64,000 bases of DNA from Candidatus Kaiserbacteria bacterium (GTDB taxonomy: Bacteria; Patescibacteriota; Minisyncoccia; Phycocordibacterales; UBA2100). The position numbers and the translations under genes were made by a program. The notes beneath the pieces were generated by a model, which was not told the DNA's origin, ran no database searches, and saw nothing but the letters and a program-made list of their open reading frames with translations. The DNA lies in contig JACRFI010000007.1 in NCBI GenBank assembly GCA_016217965.1, positions 37,815-101,814 on the forward strand, in the 5' to 3' direction. Of this stretch, positions 56,438-64,000 are shown piece after piece; position 1 is the first letter of the stretch; every line of letters starts with the position of its first letter.

Positions 56438-58450
56438 ATGCTACACAGCATCCGTTTTTCTTTAGGCGCGGCATTCTCGCTTGCGCTTTTTTTATTAGTA
56501 GCGATTCCTCTCTCAGCGTCCGCTGCATTCTGGCCTGGATTTCCGTTTGCACCCGCGCCGGCTGACATCGTGTTAGAACTTCCGATCGGTCCTTTTAATC
56601 TTTGCGTAAAGGAAGTGAAAGCGGCGGGGCTACGCGTGCAAGTCCCTCGGCCATGCAAACAGGCGCTCCCACCCCCTCCTTCTGAACCTACACTCACGTT
56701 CACGGCAGACCCCGCAGCGATAGAAGAAGGTGAAAGCTCTACTCTTGCCTGGGATTCAACAAATGCAACTTCATGCGAGGCTTCGAATGGGTGGAGTGGA
56801 GTTAAGAGTGTCGATGGCAGCCAATCAGTTTCTCCTACGGACACAACAACCTACGAGCTTACGTGCTCGGGTCCTGGCGGACTCATCACGAAGAGCGCGA
56901 CGGTGACCGTAACGGATGTGCCGAATCCTCCGACTCTGACGCTCGTCAAAACAGTGGTGAATGATAACGGCGGGCAAGCGAGCGCGAACGATTTCCAAGC
57001 AAAGATTGATGGCGCGAATGTCACGTGGAGTGCCACTCACACGGTAACGACTGGGGCTCACATAGTTTCTGAAGTTGAAGTGTTTGGCTACGATGCCGGC
57101 GATTGGGGCGGCGACTGCGCAGCAGATGGCACTATCACACTCGCGGAAGGCGAAGATAAGACATGCACTATTACGAACAATGACATGCCGGGAACTCTGC
57201 ATGTCGTTAAAGTTGTGGTGAATGATGATGCTGGCGCGAAAGTATTCGGAGATTTTTCCTTCCAGATCGATGGCGGCTCTAGCGTAGTCTTCGAATCTGA
57301 CGGACAAAATGATGTCACCCTGAATGCAGGTACGTATGACATTACCGAGGTTGCAGTTGATGGCTACACGACGAGTTACAACAATTGTACGGATGTTGTC
57401 ATTTCGAACGGTGGCAGCGCGACGTGCACTATCACGAACAATGATAACGAACCAGCGCCGATAGCGCCGAAGCTGACGGTGACAAAGGTGGTGGTGAATG
57501 ACGACGGAGGCACGAAAGTAATTGCAGACTTCCCACTTTTTGTTGATGGTGGCGGTGTGACATCAGGAGTTGAAAATACGTATGCAGTGGGCGCACACAC
57601 CGTATCGGAAACAGCAGATGGCGGTTACACGATGGCGATCACCGGTGATTGCGCATCGGATGGCACGATTACGCTAGCGAATGGGGATGATAAAACGTGC
57701 ACCATTACGAACGACGACAAACAAGGTACGTTGCACATCGTAAAAGTTGTCGTGAATGATGATGGGGGAGCAGCGACAGCCGATGACTTTTCGTTCGAGG
57801 TGAATGGCGGCGCGGCGACTGCGTTTGAAGCTGATGGACAGAACGATGTAACCGTCGATGCGGGGACGTATGACGTAACAGAGGTTGCAGCAGCTGGGTA
57901 TACGGCGGGCTTCCAGAATTGCACAGATGTGGTTGTCGTGAATGGGGGTGAAGCGACGTGTACGATTACGAACGACGACAACGAGCCGCAAGCGGAAGCA
58001 GATGTGGTTATCAACGAGATCGCATGGATGGGCAGTATGATCGGCGAGACTGCAGATGCGGATGCTGAATGGATCGAGCTCAAGAATCGAGGATCGGAAG
58101 CGGTGAATCTTACGGGTTGGACGCTTGCTTCGGATGATGGCACTCCGAACATTGCCATTACAGAGGCGTGTGCGAATACAACTGTCGCAGCCGGCGGGTT
58201 TTTCCTTCTCGTGCGCACTCCCAATAGCGCAAGCTTAACTGCAGATTGTACGTATACCGGAGCACTTGAGAATGCTGGAGAACTCTTGAATCTTCAGAAT
58301 GCGTCGGCGGTCATTATTAACTCCGTGAACGGTGCACCTGATTGGGAGATCGGCGGTGCGCCGCAGAAAGGCAACAATACGACAAAGGAGACTGCACAAC
58401 GCGCAGCAGACAACACATGGTTCACGGCTGCGCCAACCCCAGGCGCGTGA
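56438..58450 (+). CDS. Secreted multi-domain surface protein: Ig-like N-domain, 4x ~95-aa 'VKVVVNDDGG…CTITNDD' repeats, C-terminal lamin-tail domain (LTD)
   Basis: Signal peptide 'MLHSIRFSLGAAFSLALFLLVAIPLSASA'; 'TTYELTCSGPGG' Ig-like motif; LTD 'VVINEIAWMGS...AEWIELKNRGSEAVNLTGWTLASDDG'. Confidence 0.7.
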   Translation: MLHSIRFSLGAAFSLALFLLVAIPLSASAAFWPGFPFAPAPADIVLELPIGPFNLCVKEVKAAGLRVQVPRPCKQALPPPPSEPTLTFTADPAAIEEGESSTLAWDSTNATSCEASNGWSGVKSVDGSQSVSPTDTTTYELTCSGPGGLITKSATVTVTDVPNPPTLTLVKTVVNDNGGQASANDFQAKIDGANVTWSATHTVTTGAHIVSEVEVFGYDAGDWGGDCAADGTITLAEGEDKTCTITNNDMPGTLHVVKVVVNDDAGAKVFGDFSFQIDGGSSVVFESDGQNDVTLNAGTYDITEVAVDGYTTSYNNCTDVVISNGGSATCTITNNDNEPAPIAPKLTVTKVVVNDDGGTKVIADFPLFVDGGGVTSGVENTYAVGAHTVSETADGGYTMAITGDCASDGTITLANGDDKTCTITNDDKQGTLHIVKVVVNDDGGAATADDFSFEVNGGAATAFEADGQNDVTVDAGTYDVTEVAAAGYTAGFQNCTDVVVVNGGEATCTITNDDNEPQAEADVVINEIAWMGSMIGETADADAEWIELKNRGSEAVNLTGWTLASDDGTPNIAITEACANTTVAAGGFFLLVRTPNSASLTADCTYTGALENAGELLNLQNASAVIINSVNGAPDWEIGGAPQKGNNTTKETAQRAADNTWFTAAPTPGA

Positions 58451-58473
58451 GATAACGGTGGTATAGTGGAGCA

Positions 58474-59628
58474 ATGAAAAACTCATTCTCCACTCGATTA
58501 CTAGCGATAGCGATTGCCGCGATCGGGCTTGTCCCTGTCGCGGCTTTTGCTGCAGAACTTCGCGCCGGCGAGCAACCATCGGTTGCAAGTGGCACAACTA
58601 TTCAGGATGACCTGTACATTGCGGGCGGGAATGTGACGCAGGCTGGTGCAGTAACAGGAGACGTTATCGCAGCAGGGGGCAGTGTCCTCATAAGTGGCAC
58701 GACACAGGGCGATCTCTTGGTTGCGGGCGGGAATATCACAATTCTGGGCGACGTGTCTGACGATGTACGCGTAGTAGGGGGCAATATCACAATACATAGC
58801 AAAGTCGCAAGCGATGTGGCGTTCGGCGGCGGGCAAGTCACGATTGCAGGCGCGGGAGTCGGAGGAGATGTCGTCGGCGCTAGTGGGACGGTGCGCATTG
58901 ATGCGCCCGTTGCAGGGGACGTTCGCATTGCGGGTGGCGATGTCTATATAAATTCCGCCATCCGAGGAATGGTTGAGGTTCAGGCAGAAAAAGTGACGCT
59001 CGGTCCCGGGGCCCTTATTTCAGGAGACCTTACCTACACGGCGGGAAAGGAGGTCACAATCGAAGAAGGTGGAAAAGTGAACGGAAAAATTGAGTTCAAA
59101 CAACTTGAAACAACGCGCGAAGAGTTGAGAGGTGTCGCAAAGACAGGCATCGCGGCCCTCGTCTCAGCGTGGCTCATCGGGAAATTCTTGATGCTTCTCG
59201 TCGGCGCGTTCGCGTTCTTTTACCTATTCAAACGCTATACCGAAACATTAGTTTCAGATGCGCTCACCGAGCCTTTGCCGCAACTTGGGCGTGGCGTCGT
59301 CGCGTTCATTGTGTGGCCAATAGCGTCTGTGATTTTGCTTGTGACTGTGATCGGAATTCCGCTTGGCGCGATTGGGCTTCTCGGGTATGCCGCTGCGCTC
59401 ATATTCGCGCATCTTATGGCCTCTGTCGTATTAGGGTCTCTCGTTTCCGCATGGTGGACTAAGAACTATTACGAAGTGAATTGGAAAACAGTCCTGCTTG
59501 GCGTCGTCCTCTACTTTATTCTCGGATACATTCCATTCGTCGGCTGGCTCATTTGTGCGGCACTTGTTCTCATAACGCTTGGGGCGGCACTCAAAATAAA
59601 GTGGGGTGTCGCGAAGGAGTGGCGTTGA
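58474..59628 (+). CDS. Beta-helical repeat protein (bactofilin/DUF583-like 'polymer-forming' repeats) with signal peptide and C-terminal 4-5 TM domain
   Basis: Repeated 'GG(N/S)(V/I)T(I/Q)xGxVxGDV' units over ~200 aa; C-terminal polytopic segment. Confidence 0.45.
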   Translation: MKNSFSTRLLAIAIAAIGLVPVAAFAAELRAGEQPSVASGTTIQDDLYIAGGNVTQAGAVTGDVIAAGGSVLISGTTQGDLLVAGGNITILGDVSDDVRVVGGNITIHSKVASDVAFGGGQVTIAGAGVGGDVVGASGTVRIDAPVAGDVRIAGGDVYINSAIRGMVEVQAEKVTLGPGALISGDLTYTAGKEVTIEEGGKVNGKIEFKQLETTREELRGVAKTGIAALVSAWLIGKFLMLLVGAFAFFYLFKRYTETLVSDALTEPLPQLGRGVVAFIVWPIASVILLVTVIGIPLGAIGLLGYAAALIFAHLMASVVLGSLVSAWWTKNYYEVNWKTVLLGVVLYFILGYIPFVGWLICAALVLITLGAALKIKWGVAKEWR

Positions 59629-59648
59629 TCGCAAGCCTCTTTCTTCGC

Positions 59649-59738
59649 ACAGCTTTTTTGCCGTCGCTATCTGGGCCTGCTGGCCCAGCGCTCGGTCTCG
59701 GCCCCGTCGGGCCTGCGAAGACGGCAAAAAAGTTGTGC
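59649..59738. repeat. Dispersed GC-rich palindromic element, family D copy 2 (TIRs cacagcttttttgccgtc / gacggcaaaaaagttgtg)
   Basis: Interior matches reverse complement of 711..812. Confidence 0.6.
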
Positions 59739-59779
59739 GTGCGACGAGGCTTAATACAGTTCATGCTATCCTTCGTGGC

Positions 59780-60460
59780 ATGAAAAAGTACAAGGGGATC
59801 ATTTTCGATTTCAACGGCGTGCTTCTCCTGGACCAACATTTGCACGACGAGATATGGAGCGATATTGCAAAGAAATTGATTGGCCGTGAACTTACGGAAT
59901 CCGAATTCAAGCACAATCTGCACGGAAGAACGAACAGGTCGGCTGTTGAATATCTTCGTGGAGGAGAAGCAAGTGACGCAGACGTCGACGCCGTGATGCT
60001 TGAAAAAGAGCATGCGTATCAGGCGCTTGCGAGGCGTCAAGGCGATGCATACCATCTGAATGACGGGGCGATTGAACTATTTGAGAACCTAAAGAAGCAA
60101 ACCATACCATTCACCATCGGAACGTCATCGCCCGCCATGAACATTCCATTTTTTGATGAACTGCTCGGTTTGCATACTTGGTTTGATCTGGAAAAGATCG
60201 TGTGTGACGACGGGACGTTAAAGGGGAAGCCTGCCCCAGACATATACCTGAAAGCTGCCGCTGCGCTAGGATTTAATCCCAAAGATTGCGTTGTCGTGGA
60301 AGATGCCCGATCGGGTATTGCTGCGGCGTTACATGCAGGGATAGGCTACATTATCGCAATCGGGCCAAAGACAGAGCACGCTGCTCTTGCCGCTGTGCGT
60401 GGAGTCAGCGAAGTAATTGAAACGCTTCGTGAAGTGAACGTTGAGAGACTCTTTAGATAA
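59780..60460 (+). CDS. HAD-superfamily hydrolase, subfamily IA (beta-phosphoglucomutase-like)
   Basis: 'GIIFDFNGVLL' motif I, 'IGTSS' motif II, 'KGKPAPDIY' motif III, 'VVVEDARSGIAAAL' motif IV; start chosen downstream of the family-D repeat. Confidence 0.7.
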   Translation: MKKYKGIIFDFNGVLLLDQHLHDEIWSDIAKKLIGRELTESEFKHNLHGRTNRSAVEYLRGGEASDADVDAVMLEKEHAYQALARRQGDAYHLNDGAIELFENLKKQTIPFTIGTSSPAMNIPFFDELLGLHTWFDLEKIVCDDGTLKGKPAPDIYLKAAAALGFNPKDCVVVEDARSGIAAALHAGIGYIIAIGPKTEHAALAAVRGVSEVIETLREVNVERLFR

Positions 60461-61598
60461 GGATTTCTTTTGGCTTCTCGCGGAGGTTGTAGTCCGAACT
60501 CATCGCGTAGCCGTATGCTCCCGCGTCGGCGAATAACAGCAAGTCGCGAAGTCGCGCTTTTGGAAGCGCTCTTCGTTTGACGAAAAAGTCGCTGGATTCG
60601 CAAATATTCCCGACGATATTCACCAATTCATTTCTCCCTTTTGGGTTCGAGAGGTTGAACACATGATGGTACGAACCGTAGAATGCGGGCCGGATAAGAT
60701 GGTTAAAGCCGGTATTGATTCCTACGAAGGTGTGCCCTGGGGTCTTCTTTATGTCGACCACTTGCGCGAGGAGCGCGCCCGCTTCTGCGACGAGGTATCG
60801 CCCAGGTTCGATAGCAAGTTCCAATGTTTTTCCCCGGTTGCGGCAAAATTCTGAAAAGATCGCAGCTGTTTCATTTCCAAGACGTCGGACGTCTAGCGGC
60901 TTCTGTTCTGGGCGATAAGGAATGCCGAAACCGCCGCCAAAATCTACAAATTCAAGTTCCGGGAAACGTGTCGCAGTACTCAGCATGAGACGTACTCCTT
61001 TGAGATACGTATGAGGGTCGAAAATATTGGAACCAATGTGTTGCTGGAGGCCGACAATTTTTAAACGATACCGAGACGCAATGCGTATTGCTTCTGGCAA
61101 ATCAGTATAGTAGATGCCGAATTTGCTCTCTTTGCCTCCCGTGACGATGTGCGGATTCTCGCCCGCGCCGAATCCGCGGTTTACTCGAATGGAGATCTTT
61201 GAATTTGGTTTTGCCTCACCCCACCATGCTATCTGATTCAGGGAGTCAAGATGCACCCGGACGCCAGTTTTCATCACTGCCAAAAGTTCTTCGAGAGAGA
61301 TGTTGCTGCACGTATACGAAATTCTGCTCGCCGGAAATCCGGCGGAGAGAGCTGCCCGCACCTCGCCAATGGAGACTGCCTCGATGCACGCGCCCTCCTG
61401 TTTCAAAACCTTCAAAATTCCCGCATGGGCGTTGGCTTTGCATGCGTAAAACACCTTAGTGCGGGGAAAGGGGATTGAACCATGAAGTAACCGAAACGCT
61501 TTTTGGATGATGTTTTTTCGGTACACATACAGCGGCGTGCCGTGCTCCTTTGCAAGACGCCGTGCCTCTGCCGAGTTGAGTAGGGGCTTCTTGTTCAT
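60453..61598 (-). CDS. lysA: PLP-dependent group-IV decarboxylase (diaminopimelate decarboxylase-like)
   Basis: 'GTPLYVY', 'VFYACKANAHAG', 'GGGFGIPY', 'EPGRYLVAEAG', 'GNICESSDFF'. Confidence 0.65.
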   Translation of the reverse strand: MNKKPLLNSAEARRLAKEHGTPLYVYRKNIIQKAFRLLHGSIPFPRTKVFYACKANAHAGILKVLKQEGACIEAVSIGEVRAALSAGFPASRISYTCSNISLEELLAVMKTGVRVHLDSLNQIAWWGEAKPNSKISIRVNRGFGAGENPHIVTGGKESKFGIYYTDLPEAIRIASRYRLKIVGLQQHIGSNIFDPHTYLKGVRLMLSTATRFPELEFVDFGGGFGIPYRPEQKPLDVRRLGNETAAIFSEFCRNRGKTLELAIEPGRYLVAEAGALLAQVVDIKKTPGHTFVGINTGFNHLIRPAFYGSYHHVFNLSNPKGRNELVNIVGNICESSDFFVKRRALPKARLRDLLLFADAGAYGYAMSSDYNLREKPKEILI

Positions 61599-62296
61599 TT
61601 GCGGATTATATCCGTAGATTCTTCTGGCGCACGTTCCTTTGTGTCCGCGAATTGGAACCCGGAGAAATACATGAATGCGAGCATGGATATCACTCCTATT
61701 GCACTCATGCCGCCGAATAGGAGCCCGAGCGTGGTTGGTGTGGGGTTCTCAAGAAGTACAGAGCCGAGGCCGGTCAGTATTGATGTCGGGACAAGGCTTA
61801 TGCCGATGTGGATCGTTATGTATGGAAGAAAAGGCAGCTTCGTGAGGCCTGCAGCGTAAGCAAGAATGTCTTGCGCGGTTATGAATATGATGCGGGTAAA
61901 GAGAAAACCCTTCACCGTGCCTATCATCTCTAATATTTTTCCGAGAAGTCCAGTGTCGGAACCCAACATCTTCTCCACCACGCGCCTGCCCCATAGCCGG
62001 CTTATCCAAAATGCAACGGCGCCTCCAATGGTGTCTCCGAGGACCGAGAGCGCAAAACCTTTCCAGAAACCAAATAGCGTGCCGGCAAGAGGGTAGATGA
62101 GTGCGCCCGATAGTGGCGCGAATATGATGGTAGACGCTTTTGCCGCGACAAGTGCGATTGGCGCGAGTGGCCCTGCACCCTCGATCCATCGTTGCATCTC
62201 GTCGCCTCCAAATGTGCGGATGGCAATATACAGCGCCCCCATCGCAATCACGAGTACCGCGAGATTGACCAGCACGTCCTTCCTGATATTGGGCAT
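61595..62296 (-). CDS. TVP38/TMEM64 (DedA-related) family membrane protein
   Basis: 'IIFAPLSGALIYPLAGTLFGFWKGFALSVLGDTIGGAVAFWISRLWG' family signature; ATG at 62296 preferred over GTG-extended ORF. Confidence 0.6.
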   Translation of the reverse strand: MPNIRKDVLVNLAVLVIAMGALYIAIRTFGGDEMQRWIEGAGPLAPIALVAAKASTIIFAPLSGALIYPLAGTLFGFWKGFALSVLGDTIGGAVAFWISRLWGRRVVEKMLGSDTGLLGKILEMIGTVKGFLFTRIIFITAQDILAYAAGLTKLPFLPYITIHIGISLVPTSILTGLGSVLLENPTPTTLGLLFGGMSAIGVISMLAFMYFSGFQFADTKERAPEESTDIIRK

Positions 62297-62481
62297 AGCG
62301 TTGGAGTATACCCCCACACCTTTCGGTACAAAAGGTGTGGGGGTATACTCTCAACCTCAAAAAAGTCGCGTGTCGGTGCGACTCGAAATATGCACTGGCG
62401 AAGTCTCTGCGGGATATTTTTGGCGGTGGAGCATTCTGTCCGCCAAAAATATCCCGCGGACACGAAGCTCTAGCGAGCAAT

Positions 62482-63984
62482 TTACACCGTCACCAACATC
62501 GCCTGCAATTCTTTAATACCTATCGGCTTTACCATGTGATGATCGCAGCCCGCTTCGAGTGAACGCATCTTATCTTCCTTCTGCCCGTAGCCCGTCAATG
62601 CTATCACCGTCCCGCGGAAGCCTCTCTCGCGAATTTGTTTTGCAACCTCATACCCGCTCATGTCAGGGAGGCCAATATCGAGGACCATGAATCTGGGTGT
62701 CGTCAGGGAAATGGTGCGCAGCGCTTCCTCTCCCGTGTAGGCATACGAGACAGCATGCCCTGTGAGCTCTAGGAGTTTTCCAAGAGAGTGTGCAGCCGAC
62801 TTGTTATCATCGACGACAAGGATTGATGTACACTCCGGCGCAGGCGATCGTTCCGGCGAAGTGTTTGGAATAAGTTGCGACTCCATCGTCGCGACATCAA
62901 GCGGAAGTCTCACGATAAATTCGCTCCCGCGTCTTGTTCCCTCACTTTTTGCTTCGATTGAGCCTCCGTGCATCTCGACGATGCGCTTTGTTATGGATAG
63001 CCCGATCCCTATACCTTCTTTATTCCTGTGACCCTGTTCGATCTGGAGGAACGGTTCGAACACTTTCTCTAGCATCAAGGGGTCGATGCCGATGCCGGTA
63101 TCGTTGACACGAATTTCCGCCATATCGCCAACACGCGTTATTGCTATCGAAATCGCAGAGCTTTTCTCGGAGAATTTCGATGCGTTGCTGAGGAGATTCC
63201 GTATGACCTGTTCAATTCGTATTGGATCTGCGTCGAGTAGCAGAGTCTCGTGTGGCCCCATGAATTCCACGCGCTGCTGCTTTCTTTCGAGTTGATTCTG
63301 GATCGATTGGATGCTTTGCTTTCCGATGGCATAGACGTCTGTCGGCGTTTTCTGCAATCTCAGTTTGTTCTGCGAGATCCGCGCGATATCGAGAAGGTCG
63401 TCGAGAAGACGGCGCATTGTTTTGACTCGATCATCTATGAGCTCAAATGTTTCGGCGTCGCTTTTCCAAACTCCTTTTAATTGTAGAAGCTCAAGGGCAC
63501 TTACAATCGGGGCAAGCGGATTTCTTAGTTCATGTGCGAGTACCGCAAGAAATTCGCTTTTTGCCTTGTCTTGCATTTTTATTTGGCCCAGAGCTTTTTC
63601 CAGTTGTTGCACGTGTTGCTCGAGCCCGAGAGCGGACCTGCGCCGCTCTTCAACGAGCGAGGACAGGATATAGAAAATGAAGGCGAGAAAGACCATGAAG
63701 AGTTCCACTGTATAGAGGCGTTGCCCGATCGGGCTTGGTGAGCCGCTCATGTTTAGCGCGACACCGACGACGCTTATCGCCGACATGAGAAAGAGCGCGA
63801 GGGCAGTGTACTTTGTTTCAAAACGGAGTGAGATCCAGAGAAACGGGAGCAGAATGACGAGGAAGACGAGTCCGCCTAAGACTTGCGCGTATGGCGTGAG
63901 GAACACCAAGACAGCTGCTGCAACTATACCTGCAAGTGCAAGCCCTGCTTCGGCAAGCTGCCTCGTGCGGAGTCGCACGGACAT
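62482..63984 (-). CDS. Hybrid sensor histidine kinase/response regulator (membrane N-domain, HisKA, HATPase, C-terminal receiver)
   Basis: 'LAHELRNPLAPI', 'GIGIGLSITKRIVEMHGGSIEAKS', receiver 'ILVVDDNKSAAHSLGKLL...VLDIGLPDMSG...VKP'. Confidence 0.85.
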   Translation of the reverse strand: MSVRLRTRQLAEAGLALAGIVAAAVLVFLTPYAQVLGGLVFLVILLPFLWISLRFETKYTALALFLMSAISVVGVALNMSGSPSPIGQRLYTVELFMVFLAFIFYILSSLVEERRRSALGLEQHVQQLEKALGQIKMQDKAKSEFLAVLAHELRNPLAPIVSALELLQLKGVWKSDAETFELIDDRVKTMRRLLDDLLDIARISQNKLRLQKTPTDVYAIGKQSIQSIQNQLERKQQRVEFMGPHETLLLDADPIRIEQVIRNLLSNASKFSEKSSAISIAITRVGDMAEIRVNDTGIGIDPLMLEKVFEPFLQIEQGHRNKEGIGIGLSITKRIVEMHGGSIEAKSEGTRRGSEFIVRLPLDVATMESQLIPNTSPERSPAPECTSILVVDDNKSAAHSLGKLLELTGHAVSYAYTGEEALRTISLTTPRFMVLDIGLPDMSGYEVAKQIRERGFRGTVIALTGYGQKEDKMRSLEAGCDHHMVKPIGIKELQAMLVTV

Positions 63985-64000
63985 ATCGGCGAACCAGCTG

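Noticed and set aside
57625-58224. 199-aa minus-strand ORF (and several smaller ones) inside the Ig-repeat gene
   Set aside because: Shadow ORFs of a repetitive, GC-biased coding region
1-64000. Alternative genetic code (UGA or UAG recoding as in some CPR lineages)
   Set aside because: Recognisable conserved proteins (hisS, glyA, purL, P-type ATPase) terminate at ordinary stops and contain no obvious internal stop read-through; standard code fits
1-64000. tRNA / rRNA genes
   Set aside because: No GTTCGAATC-type T-loop plus acceptor-stem pairing and no rRNA-like conserved blocks seen by eye; cannot be excluded without tRNAscan/Infernal

Overview
This 64-kb window is a compact bacterial segment with about 50% GC, standard genetic code, genes on both strands, and no rRNA, tRNA or CRISPR recognisable by eye. 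It probably comes from an uncultivated lineage, because many secreted Ig-like and hypothetical proteins are present.

Coding content, in order:
- A 5'-truncated complex-I/Hyf-like membrane module (NuoH-like, HyfE-like and NuoN-like subunits) whose NuoCD/HycE-like 'large subunit' has lost all four canonical Ni-Fe cysteine ligands.
- A divergent three-gene block of unknown function that includes a PD-(D/E)XK nuclease.
- A DsbA / thioredoxin-like / DsbB disulfide-bond set, hisS, an orphan histidine kinase and a bacterial SET-domain protein.
- A thymidylate/folate cluster (glyA, thyA, dcd, folA, RibD_C-like protein) interrupted by a gene encoding mTERF-like 34-aa repeats that sit on near-identical 102-bp tandem DNA repeats.
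- A purine operon (purSL, purQ, purE, purM, purC, purB) carrying a secreted Ig-like protein with an extreme Tyr/Asp/Glu-rich tail on the opposite strand.
- Two hybrid sensor kinases and a PNAG-like exopolysaccharide locus (CE4 deacetylase, processive GT2, UDP-sugar dehydrogenase, two unknown membrane-anchored proteins).
- A two-component system with an ABC-2 exporter, an IS200-like REP-associated tyrosine transposase (RAYT), a P-type ATPase, and lamin-tail-domain and bactofilin-like surface proteins.

The most unusual aspect is non-coding:
- At least four families of short dispersed intergenic repeats: family A (~110-bp AT-rich, 3 copies), family C (a TIR-bounded MITE, 3 copies), family D (~100-bp GC-rich TIR element, 2 copies), and 21-25-bp REP palindromes (3 copies).
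- Two REP copies flank the RAYT. The third sits in-frame inside purL.
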